This document shows positions 1-13,160 of a stretch of 64,000 nucleotides of DNA, piece by piece (position 1 is the first letter of the stretch; every line of letters begins with the position of its first letter). The translations under genes and the position numbers were made by a program. The stretch comes from Eledone cirrhosa. Its lineage: Eukaryota. The stretch lies in the NCBI GenBank assembly GCA_964016885.1, contig OZ024743.1:222704001-222768000 (forward strand), in the 5' to 3' direction. Below the pieces are notes generated by a model that saw only the letters and a list, made by a program, of their open reading frames with translations, was not told the origin of the DNA and ran no database searches.

Positions 1-924
1 AACTGCATGAGACCTTTCCCTTTTTTCTCCACACTTTACGCTACATTAACAACGGACCTAACATATTCACAAGTAATAGAACATATACACCCACCCACAC
101 AACTCCCACTTATACCGAATCATGTCATTTTCACATCATTTTTCCACCTATCTAATAATTGTTTCTACTTTTTTGGCACAAGGCCAGCAATTACCCCAGT
201 ACATTACTGGTACTTTATTTTATCGACACCGTAGCGATAAAAGACAAAGTTAACCTCAGCAGAAGTTGAACTCAACCATAAAGGGCCGTAACTCTATGCT
301 GCAAAGCATGGCGCCTGACTCTCTACCGATACTGCTGCATGCTTATTTTTAATTAATTCTAAAGCTTAACAAGTGTTGTCTCCCTTTGACCATTTAAAAA
401 AAAACAACTAGAAAAACAAAATTTTCTGTTAACGTCCTCTCTTGCCATGGGATCTCATCCCAAAGTTCCCTTCAGACATTTTGATCCTTTTGACCTGAAG
501 AAAGGCAATTACTATTGCATTCTAAGCCTAACTCTTACATACAGATCAGGTCACCCCTACCCTCATATTCATCATCCGTCAAATCATGCTATACATGCAT
601 AACATCATACTTATTTTCTTTTCTCTCCTTGCCCTATCAGAGCAGAGATGGCTCTTCAGCTGGGAGAAAACGTACCTAGTACACCTTCTAATGTGGTTAG
701 CAATAGGAAGAGCACACTACTGTAGAAACCATGTCAGAAGGGGTTGAGATGACCCTTCAGTTGTGCCAATGGCATGACAACCTCCCTAATGTTGGTGACC
801 TACATGATAAATACACCCAGTACATTTTGTTAAGTAGTTGTTTATGAGAAGGGTATCCAGTCATAGACAGCTTGCCAAACAGAGGGTTGGGAGGACTGTT
901 CAGTTGTGTCAAAAATGATGTGTT

Positions 925-1960
925 AAAATTGCCACCAAAAAGTACCATATACTGTGTAATATGTACTTCAAAACTGCCACCAAGTGTAGACTTGAAAAAG
1001 GACCATATACACTACAATATGTACTTCAAAATTTCCACTAAGTTTAGACATGAGAAAGGACCATATACACTACAATATGTACTTTAAAATGTTCACCAAG
1101 TGTAGACAGGAGAAAGTACCACATACTGTGCAATAAGTACTTCAAAATGGCCACCAAGTGTCCACATGAGAAAGAGCCATATACAGTGTAGTAAGTACTT
1201 CAAAATGGCCACCAAGTGTCCACATGAGAAAGAGCGAGCCATATACAGTGTAGTAAGTACTTCAAAATGGCCACCAAGTGTCCACATGAAAAAGAGCCAT
1301 TATCAGTGCAGTAAGTACTTCAAAATGGCCACCAAGTGTCCACATGAGAAAGAGCCATTATCAGTGCAGTAAGTACTTCAAAATGGCCACCAAGTGTCCA
1401 CATGAGAAAGAGCCATATACAGTGTAGTAAGTGCTTCAAAATGGCCACCAAGTGTCCACATGAGAAAGAGCCATATACAGTGTAGTAAGTGCTTCAAAAT
1501 GGCCACCAAGTGTCCACATGAGAAAGAGCCATATACAGTGTAGTAAGTGCTTCAAAATGGCCACCAAGTGTCCACATGAGAAAGAGCCATATACAGTGTA
1601 GTAAGTGCTTCAAAATGGCCACCAAGTGTCCACATGAGAAAGAGCCATTATCAGTGCAGTAAGTACTTCAAAATGGCCACCATGTGTCCACATGAGAAAT
1701 AGCCATATACAGTGTAGTAAGTACTTCAAAATGGCCACCAAATGTCCACATGAGAAAGAGCCATATACAGTGTAGTAAGTGCTTCAAAATGGCCACCAAG
1801 TGTCCACATGAGAAAGAGCCATATACAATGTAGTAAGTGCTTCAAAATGGCCACCAAGTGTCCACATGAGAAAGAGCCATATACAGTGTAGTAAGTGCTT
1901 CAAAATGGCCACCAAGTGTCCACATGAGAAAGAGCCATAGGCAGTTCAGTAAGTACTTCT
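925..1960. repeat. 58-bp minisatellite, about 17 copies
   Basis: Unit TAGTAAGTRCTTCAAAATGGCCACCAAGTGTCCACATGAGAAAGAGCCATATACAGTG; left-edge copies diverged. Confidence 0.95.
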
Positions 1961-2228
1961 GATGATTTATACATCAAAGTAAATGTAACCATGTATCCAA
2001 TTAAATGAAACAAACATGTAAGGTTGTTAAATAAGTAAAAAAAAAAAATGATTATCAACTATAATAATACACCATGTGTGTTTGTATATATATATCTCCA
2101 TCTGTAACTGCTTAAAATGTACATGCACAAACATACATGTACATACTCACAATATGTTTCCTATCAAAAACTAGACAGATACATACATATGAAACACATA
2201 CACACACACTTATGCTGTGATAATGAAT

Positions 2229-2681
2229 AGAGAGAGGAGGGGAGAGAGACGGGAAGAGAGTAGTGAAAGGGGGAGAGGGGGAAAGAAGAAAGAGAAAGAA
2301 GAGATAGAAAGAGAGAAGCGAGAGAAAGAGAAAAGAGAGAGAAAGGTGGAGAGAGAAAGGAGAGAAAGAAAGGAGGAGAGAGAGAGAAAGAAGAGAGAGA
2401 GAGAGAGGAGGAGAGAAAGGGGAGAGAGAGAGAGAAAGAAAAGAAAGAAGAGAGAGAAAAAGAGAAGAGAGAGAAAGAAAGGAGGAGAGAGAGAGAAAGG
2501 AGGAGAGAGAGAAAGAAAGAAGAGAGAGAAAGAAAGAAAGAAGAGGAAGAAAGGAGGAAAGAGCAAAAGAAGAGAGAGAGAGAAAGAAAGAAGAGAAAGA
2601 AAGAAGAGATAGAAAGAGAAAGAAAGAAGAGAAGGAAAGGAGGAGAGAGAGAAAGGGGGAGAGAGAGAGAAAGAAAGAGAG
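2229..2681. repeat. Polypurine GA-rich tract
   Basis: About 450 bp almost exclusively G/A. Confidence 0.95.
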
Positions 2682-2905
2682 ATGATGCTTAAGATCCACT
2701 GTCTTTGTTCTTTGACTCCTCCTCCTCTTTCTCTCTTTATCCATCCCACACACTTTCCCCTTTCTTCTATGCCTCACACTATCCCCTTTCTCTTCTTTGG
2801 ACATTTCTATTCTGTGAATACATCAAAAGATATTTCATTAAATGAAAGTGACAATCAGCATCTATAATGATATGCCTTGTACACACATTTACTTGATGAT
2901 GATGG

Positions 2906-3297
<392 letters not shown>

Positions 3298-3298
<1 letters not shown>

Positions 3299-3685
3299 CA
3301 TCATCATCATCATCATCATCATCAACGTTTAACATCCGTGTTCCACGCTTGCATGGGTTTGGACGGGGGTAGTCCCACTTGAGGCAAGAGTGATTGTCTT
3401 GCTCGCATAGGACTGTCTGGCAGGTTTTCTACAGTTGGATGCCCTTCCTAACACCAACCACATTTACAGTGTGGGTCTGGGAGGTTTTTACCGTGTTGCC
3501 TACACGGCCACATTACAGCGTGGACTGTGTGTTTTTTTGTCGTGACACCTACACGATCTCATTTGTTTCGGCCTGGATGGCGCGGCACCAACATAACTTT
3601 ACATAGAACGGGGTGGTGGCGGGACGGGGTGTATTTTGTTAGAGATGCCTACTGGCAAGGCGGGTCTTCTCTGTTACTGAGTACC

Positions 3686-3689
<4 letters not shown>
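3298..3689 (-). mobile_element. RTE 3' UTR-only insertion
   Basis: Near-identical to the 3' end of the 8.6 kb LINE; (GAT)n tail; in (TA)n. Confidence 0.85.
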
Positions 3690-3727
<38 letters not shown>

Positions 3728-3793
3728 ATATATATATATATATAAATGAAATAACAGGGGGCTGGACTGGTGCAAATCCTTGAAAGGTTTATT

Positions 3794-3851
3794 ATACTAT
3801 GATCATTTCAATGACCGGGTTCCATATGAATCCGGTGATATCATCAGGTAT
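3794..3851 (-). ncRNA. Minimal type I hammerhead ribozyme motif
   Basis: Minus strand: ATAC-CTGATGA-[TATCACCGGATTCATATGGAACCCGGTCATT]-GAAA-TGATCA-TA-GTAT. Stem I ATAC/GTAT, stem II ACCGG/CCGGT, palindromic stem III ATGATCAT, AUA triplet. Confidence 0.7.
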
Positions 3852-5485
3852 TGGAATATAACAAAGGAATATGTAAAAAGCCATGGGTCCAAAAAATCAG
3901 AAACAGAGGGGACGGCTGGACCACTAGCTTCTCAGCCAGCCGCCCTCAAAGTGTTGGCAACCGAAAAACTACCAACGAATATCTGGTGAGGGGGCGAAGG
4001 CTTACAATGCCCTACCACCACTCCGTCAAAGAAGAAGGGGAAGAAAGAAAGAAAGGGAGAAAGAAGTGTAGTGTAAGGGTCAAACTACATTCATGTTATA
4101 AAATGCGGCAAAAAAATGCTACCCAAAGGATCTATAATGTGTGTCTGTATGGTCTAATGTGTGAACCGAAGATTGGAACGTTAAATTTATGTTGCGAGTT
4201 AAAGGATGAAATTAAATTAAATTAAAAATATTAAATTGCAAAATGGTAAATTGAAAAATAGAGGTAGCGAGATTTATTTATTTAATGAAATTACGGAGAG
4301 AGTCTTATATGAAAAAATATTTTTAGATATTAGGATGCGATATAGAGTAAAGATTTCGATTGGGAGTCCCAGCCAGCACACCCACCACCATGAGTCAGCC
4401 AGTCTCGAGTGGTATCGTCCAGCGAAAGAAATGGAAATTAATTTTTCCGAGTACTCTAGGTACATAGCTAACTTTGGCCCCAGGATCGCTAGCGGGAACT
4501 CCACAATTTCGACAGGCCATCGTCTATACCACGAATACTATTAAATCAAACATTAGGGGTTTATTTACGTGTCAGTGGAGGCATGACACAGCTAATAGTC
4601 ATGCCCAAACCTGGAGTTTGTACAAGTATAATGTGGCGGCCAAAACAGGCGGCGCGGTGGGACCGGGGCAAAGCAAGCCGCTCCGAGTAATTTCATTTAC
4701 CGAAAGAGGAGAGATTTATTTTTCCGAGCACTCAAGGAAGGCTGAACTTTCCGAGTGCCCAGCGCGCAGCCAGGAAAGGTCACCACACAAGTCGAAGGTA
4801 ACCCAGTGAAAAGTGCAAATAGGCCAAAATTATTTTAAAGTTCCAGTTAGTCCGGGTTATAGGTAGTGTGGATCTTAGGTGGGTAGGGGGCTATGAAAGG
4901 TGCATAATGACCTGAGTAAGGAAAAGTTATAAAAAAATAAAAAAATATGAAAAAATAATATAAAGATAGAATACATTGATGAAAATACATTAATAAAATA
5001 ATAAAAAATAATAAAATATACATTAATGAGATAGAAACAAATTAATAAAGGTAAATAAGAATCAATATAGATCAAGTTGTAGTAAGATAATACAAGTTGT
5101 ACATATAGAAATAGATATAGAGGATGGAGGAGATGGAATGGCAACAGGTTGTACCTAGTGTAAAGTTCAATGCGAGTCAGAAAAAGTCCTGAGGTATAGA
5201 GTAGAGAATTCAGTCCATACAATACATGTTTTAGTATAATACGTAGAGTTTTGTCGTAATCGGATTCACCCCGACAAGGAAAGTAGTATCAGGTGGCGGT
5301 AGATAAGGTGCAGAGCAGCCAAAATCCGAATGGTAAGTAGATCAGTTAATCCCATGCTGGTAATAGCTGTACACTGAAGTCAGTGCCACTGTTCAATATT
5401 ACATTTTGAAGTTAGGAGCATTATTTCTTTAGATTTGTTGGTTCATCACTGGATAGAACTGGTCATTCCAGTATGTATATATATG

Positions 5486-5546
<61 letters not shown>

Positions 5547-5552
<6 letters not shown>

Positions 5553-6173
5553 GATTTTTAATGCAATGAAATATCTATGATCATCGGCAAATCACTGATG
5601 AGGGACTTATTTTATTACATGTTATCCATGTGCAACCAGCAGTATTCTTCTCCCCATTTTTTCACATATATTTACCTAAACTGCGATTCTGTTTTTCTCT
5701 CTCTCTCTCTCTTACTGCTCCCTCGCTCTCTCTGTTTCTCCTACTTTCTTTCGCTCCCTCTGTCATGTCAGTTAACTCTTCCTCACACTTCCACTCACTC
5801 ACTCACTGTTTCTCCTCTTCTCACTTCACCCCATTCGCGACGAAATCATTTTCTCTCTTTCTCACATTTGAATTCGCTCCTGAAAGGTCTTTTTTCTAAG
5901 CGCTCATATATTCACCTAGCTTATGCTAACAGAATAACTATGAAGCTTGTTCCCTTCCTTCTACGGTTAGCTATCCTCTTTGTTGTTATCTTGTTTCACT
6001 CGCTTTACGCGTTTTAATTGTCCTAATAACTTAATTTAGTTATTATTGCACCGACGTGAGGTATATGATTTTTAATGCAATGAAATATCTATGATCGTCG
6101 GCAAATCACTGATGAGGGACTTATTTTATTACATGTTATCCATGTGCAACCAGCAGTATTCTTCTCCCCATTT

Positions 6174-6180
<7 letters not shown>
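5547..6180 (+). mobile_element. Small element with 120-bp direct terminal repeats (pLTR/retrozyme-like)
   Basis: 5547-5666 and 6061-6180 differ at one base; each contains CTGATGAGGGAC. About 390-bp pyrimidine-rich interior; flanked by (TA)n/(CA)n. Confidence 0.6.
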
Positions 6181-6242
<62 letters not shown>

Positions 6243-6273
6243 TAGAGGCATATATGGATACATATATATATAT

Positions 6274-6610
6274 GGAGGCACATGGCTGAGTGGTTAGAGC
6301 ATTGGCCTTGCAATCGAAAGGTTGTGAGTTCAATTCACAGACCGGGTGATGTGTTGTTTCCTTGAGCAAGACACTTTATTTCACATTGCTCCAGTTTACT
6401 CAGCTGTAGAAATGAGATGATAGGGACTGGGGTCCCTATCATTCCACTGCAAAGTGGTCGTGGAGGTGCCACGGAAAAAAAAGCACCCAGCACTCACTGT
6501 AAATGAGGTTGGTGTTAGGAAGGGCATCCAGCTGTAGAAATCAAGCCAGAATATGTTCCTGTCCCACCCTTGCAAGCAGGGAAAAGCGGATGTAAAATGA
6601 AATGATGAAA
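6274..6610 (+). mobile_element. tRNA-derived SINE family 2 with RTE-type 3' tail
   Basis: TGGCTGAGTGGTT A box, GAGTTCAATTC B box, core CCTTGAGCAAGACACTT, ending in CTTGCAAGCAGGGAAAAGCGGATGTAAAATGA like the RTE terminus. Confidence 0.85.
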
Positions 6611-6727
6611 ATGAAATGATATATATACATATATATATATATATATATTGTGTGTGTGTATATATATATATATAATATATACCTACATACATATATACAT
6701 ATATGTGTGTATATATATTTATACATA

Positions 6728-6759
<32 letters not shown>

Positions 6760-6818
6760 CATATATATATATATACACATATATATATATACACACACAC
6801 ACACATATATATATATAT

Positions 6819-6849
<31 letters not shown>

Positions 6850-6851
6850 AA

Positions 6852-7186
6852 TCATCATCATCATTTTACGTCCACTTTTCCCTGCTTGCAAGGGTGGGAC
6901 GGGAACTGATTCTGGTTTGATTTCTACAGCTGGATGCCCTTCCTAACACCAACCTCATTTACAGTGAGTGCTGGGTGCTTTTTTGCCGTGGCACCTCCAC
7001 GACCACTTTGCAGTGGAATGATAGGGACCCCAGTCCCTATCATCTTATTTCTACAGCTGAGTAAACTGGAGCAATGTGAAATAAAGTGTCTTGCTCAAGG
7101 AAACAACACATCACCTGGTCTGAAAATTGAACTCACAACCTTTCGATTGCAAGGCCAATGCTCTAACCACTAAGCCATATGCCTCC
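6852..7186 (-). mobile_element. SINE family 2, inverted copy
   Basis: Highly similar reverse complement of 6274-6610. Related heads at about 36405(+), 48690(+) and 55120(-). Confidence 0.85.
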
Positions 7187-7252
7187 ATATATATATATAT
7201 ATCATCATCATCATCATTTAATATCATATATATATATATATATATATTTTTT

Positions 7253-7472
7253 TTTTTTATTTTATAGAAGGAGCTTCTACAGGACTGGTACTGTTTCGTT
7301 CAGATGAAATCTTCAGGAAGCTGGGTGTGACACCCAGCTTCCTGAAGATTTCATCTGAATGAAACAGTACTAGTCCTGTAGAAGCTCCTTCTATAAAATA
7401 AAAAATGTTTACTCTGCCATGTATTGAGTACCTTACTTACTGTGGTTATCCCCGACTCAACCCGGGACCTAC

Positions 7473-7473
<1 letters not shown>
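7253..7473. mobile_element. Penelope-like/retrozyme terminal fragment: 153-bp palindrome with a hammerhead motif on each strand plus a unique tail, in (TA)n
   Basis: 76-bp arms around 7329 with 2 mismatches. Plus strand CTGAAGA 7342-7348, GAAA 7361-7364, GTC 7373-7375. Tail GTATTGAGTACCTTACTTACTGTGGTTA is shared with the 35.3 kb and 38.7 kb copies. Confidence 0.65.
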
Positions 7474-7521
<48 letters not shown>

Positions 7522-8596
7522 AAGTAAATGTGCATATATGGTGTATTATTATGTGTGTGTGTGTACATATATATATGATCATCATCATTTATTATCTGTT
7601 TACCCTGTTAGCAAAGGTTGGATGAGTCGTCACAAACCATGTCAATACATAATTGGAGTTACTGATCTCTCCAATGAGCTGGGGGGATTGCATTTTGCTT
7701 ATATACACTCCTGCACTCTCTGTAGAGTGCACTTGGTGTATTTCATCATGGCACCAGCACTAGAGCGGTTATCATGTCTTTAGCACAACTGAAGAGTTTT
7801 CTCGACCCTTTGTTTGACAAGCTTTCTATGGCGGGGTGCCCTTCCTATTCACCTAACCACTTTACAGGGTGTATTTTATCATGTCAACAACACTAGAGAG
7901 TGTGTTGTACCTTTGACATAACTGAAGAATCCTCTTGAACCTTTGTTTGGCATGGTTTCTACAGCTGGATGCCTTACCTATCGCCAATCACCTTACATGG
8001 TGTACTGGGTGCATGTTTTGTAGTACCAGCACTAGAGAGGTTGCCAAGTTATGACTGAATAATTTTCTCAAACTTAATGCTTGGTTTCTATGGCTTCCTA
8101 GCACCAACCACTTTTCAGAGTATACCAAGTACATTTTATCAAGGCATCAGGACAATGAAAGTTGCTGGCCATTGACTCAACTAAAGAGCCCTCCCTACTC
8201 TATGGGGAGGAGTGTTAGGAAGTAGATCATGGGTAAGGAACAATGGGTTCAAGTATAGTATCATGGATGTAGTGTGGTAGAGAAAGAGTGAGAAAGTATG
8301 TCATAATAGATGTGGTGGAATTTTAGAAGGTGGTGTGAGGGGTCAGGTGGACAGTGATGATGAGAGTAGCTACTAAGAAGTTATGACTAGTGATTTAGGA
8401 TTTAAATGTGGTGGGGGTGGTCATGGATAGAGTAGGGTGGGAGGTACAGTTATGGTGGGGATATTTGATATATTATTTTTAGCCCCACTATCACTGCATA
8501 TGTATGCATGTATGCAAAAACTTTATATATATATAGATATATAATCTCATTTAATGTCCATTTTTCCACGCTAGCATGGGTTAAACGAGTTATCTT

Positions 8597-10648
8597 CATC
8601 ATCATCATCATCATCATCATCGTTTAACGTCCATGTTCCACGCTTGCATGGGTTTGGACGGGAGTTTTCCCACTTGAGGCAAGAGTGGTTGTCTTGCTCG
8701 CATAGGACTGTCTGGCAGGTTTTCTACGGCTGGATACCCTTCCTAACACCAACCACATTTACAGTGTGGGACTGGGAGGTTTTTACCGTGTTGCCTACAC
8801 GGCCACATTACAGCGTGGACTGTGTGTTTTTTTGTCGTGACACCTACACGATCTCATTTGTTTCGGCCTGGGTGTTGTGGCACCAACATAACTTTACATT
8901 GAAAGGGGCGGTGTGGATGGGGTGGGGTGGTGGGACGGGGGTGTATTTTGTTAGAGATGCCTACTGACTGTAGTAGGTTTTACTTTGTATTTAGGTAAGG
9001 CGGGTCTTCTCTATTACTGAGTACCGCCAAAGGTCTCGGTCCAGTGACATTGTCTTGGAGAGGTGTAAGTGTGTGAGGTCGGAATTTATCAGCTCGTCCC
9101 AGGTTTTTCTGGGTCTGCCTACTCCGTGGCTACCATCTATCTTTATTGCCCTGCACTTTGTTATACAGCTGTCGTCTTTCATGCGCATCACGTGACCATA
9201 CCAACATAGCCTTCTCTCGAGTAAACAACATCTGATCCCTCTTATTTCTAATTTTTACCTTAGTTCGTTTATGCTTTGCCGTTCACGTATATTACTATTA
9301 CACATCCAGCGGAGCATGCAAGCTTCGTTCCTCTCTAGTCTGCGTATATCCTCTGCACACAATGCCCAGGTCTCACTGCCATGCAACATTGCTGTTCGTA
9401 TGCAGGCATCATACAACCTGCCTTTCATTTTTAGGGAGAACCCTTTAGCGGCTAATAGTGGTATAAGCTCTCTGAACTTTTTCCATCCAGTTCTGACTCT
9501 AGCTACTGTACTTTCAGAGCACCCTCCCCCACTGCTGATTTTGTCACCCAGGTAACGGAAGCTGTCCACTATTTCTATAGAACCCTCTGCGCAATTGAAA
9601 GAGCTAGTATTTTGTGGGCACTTGCTGCTACTTATTGCACCAGATCACCAGCCACATGTAAAATCTGTGTTCTTAGTTAGCTTACCTGTGATCCCACTAC
9701 ATCTTTTATGCACCCATACTTTGCATTTGGGACATAAAATGGAGTTTCTACCTACTCCTTTCCTACACACTGAGCATGGCCATTTCCCGGAAGGGACCAG
9801 CGCCTTATTTTCTTTCCTACAAACTAGAACTTTAGTCTTAGCGAGGTTAATTTTAATGCCTTTTGATTCTAGGCCGTGCTTCCATGTTTGGAATTTCTTC
9901 TCTAGCTCGGCCATTGATTCAGCTATGAGCGTTAGATCATCTGCGTATAGGAGTTCCCATGGGCAGCCGGTCTTGAACTCCTCTGTTATAGCCTGAAGGG
10001 CAATAATAAATAGTAGGGGGCTAAGAACAGAGCCCTGATGGACACCAACTTGTACGCTAAACTCTTCACTATATTCGTTGTTAATTCTAACCTTGCTGAC
10101 TGTTTCTTTATACATGGCTTGTATAGTTCTCACAAGCCATTCGTCAACACCTAGTTTTCTAAGAGCCCACCAGATAATGGAACGGGGGACTCTGTTGAAG
10201 GCTTTCTCCAAGTCGACAAAAGCTAAGTATAGGGGTTTACTTTTAGCTAGGTACTTCTCCTGTAGTTGTCGTACAATGAAAATAGCATCTGTGGTACTTT
10301 TGCCTGACACAAACCCGAACTGCATTTCATCTAGATCAATTCTCTCTCTGATTAGTTGCGCTATTACTTTTTCCGTGACCTTCATGACCTGGTCGATTAA
10401 TTTAATGCCTCTATAGTTACTCCTATCTAGGGCGTCTCCTTTACCCTTGTAACAGTTAACGATGATGCTGCTACGCCAGTCCTTCAGAATAACCCCATTC
10501 TGTATGACTTGGTTTACTATCCGGGTGACCATGGTGTGTCCCACCGTTCCAGAGGCTTTCAGCATCTCAGCAACTATTTCCGAAGGCCCAGCCGCCTTAC
10601 CCGTCTTCATATCTTTGATTGCCTTACTTATTATACTACCTTCGACTA
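8597..10648 (-). mobile_element. RTE-clade LINE, 5'-truncated, frameshifted
   Basis: RT motifs KGKGD..NYRGIKL, QFGF, FVDLEKAF, GVHQGSVLSP, YADD, FRYLG, HGSETW, GRPRKTW; about 400-bp 3' UTR; (GAT)n tail. Confidence 0.95.
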
Positions 10649-11429
10649 ACATCTTGTTGTGTGCAATGCCAGGTCAGGTGACCATGTCTTGCTCATACAA
10701 AACCAATTTTAGCTTGGTTTCTACAACTGGGTGCCCTTCCTAGCACCAACCTCATTTACAGTGTGTACTGAGTGCTTTTTGCTATGACATCTACACAACC
10801 ACTTTACAGTGTGGGCTGTGCATTTTTTGCCATGTTGCCATCATGACCACTTTACAGTGTGGGCTTGAGGCTTCACTGGATGTATGCTTCAGTTTGTCCT
10901 CATGGGAGATATATGGGAGTGAGTGGGGTGGTACATACTGTATATATGCTTCACTCTCGGCCTGGGCCAAAGGAAGTCTGGTCTTCTATAATACTGCGTA
11001 ACGCCAGAGATCTCGGTCCTGTGCCATCGCCTTTGAGAGGTGCAACTGTATAAAGTCAGCTTCTATCACCTCATCTCAAGTCTTCCTGGGTCTCTCCACT
11101 CCACAGCTTCTATCGGTACTTTACCTGGTTTTCTCAGTTATTATTTATAGTGATTGACTATTCTTATAGTCTTTTACATTGGGACAATTACATTTCAAAT
11201 CTGTGTGTGTGTAATGTGTATGTAGTGTATATGTATGTACAACAAAAATAATATCATTTACATTTATACATACATGTAAATGTAGTTGTCTAATTAATAT
11301 ACATATTTCATGAAGCTACTTAATTATATATTTTCTTTTTAAAAAAAATTATACATGATGTTAGATAGGTATTTTGCATATAACCAAGGAAAATTGATAG
11401 ATTTCAGTTTTTAATTTAAGTGTATGTAC

Positions 11430-11461
<32 letters not shown>

Positions 11462-12479
11462 ATGCATGTGTATATTATATTTGTATATATATAGTTATAT
11501 GCAACATACCTAACATCATGGATACTTTTGTTTTTTTTTATTAATATATAAATAAATTATTTTTTATTTCTTAATTAATTCAATTTAACTTCATTATTAT
11601 TCATAAATTCATTTCCTAAATTTGTTCTTAAATTATTTATTATTTTTAGTCTTTATTATTCTTCTTTTGAAAATATTTACTTGTAATCTTTATTTGTAAT
11701 TACACATTTACATGAAAAATTCATAGACCCTCGGTTTCTGTTTATATACATAAGTACTGTAAATGTGGTTGGTGTTAGGAAGGGCATCCAGCTGTAGAAA
11801 TCAAGCCAGACAGTCCTATGTGAGCAATGACAACCACTCTTGCCTCAAGTGGGAAAACTCCCGTCCAAACCCAGGCAAGCGTGGAACATGGACGTTAAAC
11901 GATGATGAAGTAAAATAGAACATGTTTATTATCATTTTATGTCTAACGTTCCAAGTTAGCAGAGGTTGGATGGAGTGTCACAGTCCAACAGACTCATATC
12001 TTCCATATTTGATACAGTTTCTATAGTTGGTTTCCCTTCCTAACATTAACCACCTTACAAGCATTTGCAAATAATTGTTACTGGTACTTTATTTTATTAT
12101 CAGTTATGCACTGGGATTGATTTAGTCGACTGTCCCCTTTCCTTCAAACTGCTGGCCTTGTGCTAAATGTAGAAACAATTATTTGCAAATACTTGTATAT
12201 ATATATATATGCACATATACATACATGCTAGCGTGGAAGATGGACGTTAAACGATGATGATGATGATGACATACATAAAAGTTTATATACATTAGACTAT
12301 AGAACACCACTTCTCTTCATCATCACACTATTACTTTTCTTTAAAAAAAAGAGCTCCTAACCTCAAAATATCATGAAATATAAGGTGCTTTGTTTTGTTT
12401 TTCTTACTTTACTTGTTTTCATTCCTGTATTTCTAACTTGCATTGTATTAGTTTTCTCAAAGCAATCCTAACCACATAT

Positions 12480-13160
12480 CTCATAACGCTTCATGTAAGA
12501 TATACCACATACAACACGTTTTAAGGCCAGTCTCTCTGCTAAAGCAAGTGTTAGCCTTGTGCGCCCTATGAGACGTTTCTCTACTTTGCCCTCTTGTCTC
12601 CCAACCCTTTACCAGTACCCTGGTTTTCATAATCCACACCCATATCTTACTTTGCCTTCCTCTACTTCTGCATTCATTCCCATCACTCCTCTCATCCAAT
12701 CATTTTCATCCTTCCTCAATACATGACCCAACCATCTCATTCCATTTCTCTTCACAACATTCATCACTGGTACTATTCCCATCATCCTCTGTAAATCCTT
12801 GATTCTCTTCCTGTATCTGAGCAATACTCCCTTCATCCACCAGGCCATTCACATTTCTGTTCTTTCCAACTCAGCTGCTTCACATTCATCATGCCATAAA
12901 TCATGGTACTTCTCACACATGCAGTTTCAGCAACACCTCCTCCACATTAGCATGCAACTCAGTTCCTGTAACTTCTTTGTACATCTCACTCTAGATATTG
13001 TCACAGAATCTGATCCACCTTCTCCATTCAAACATATTTCCTACATAACAAAACATCTTCCCACCATTCTCAAGTTCCAGCTCAACATCCTCTCCATCTT
13101 TAGTTCTTCCCAGACACACTTTACACTGAAATGTAGCTGCCACATTATTCAATGACAGAA
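12480..13160 (-). mobile_element. Old RTE-like LINE 3' fragment
   Basis: Decayed MRWLGHVLRKD...RGR motif of the RTE C-terminal region. Confidence 0.6.

Noticed and set aside
6274-6345. tRNA genes at A/B-box motifs
   Set aside because: These are SINE heads continuing into SINE cores; no complete cloverleaf.
9271-10743. Plus-strand ORFs over LINE copies (also 22532-23578 and 57113-59585)
   Set aside because: Antisense shadows of the RT frame.
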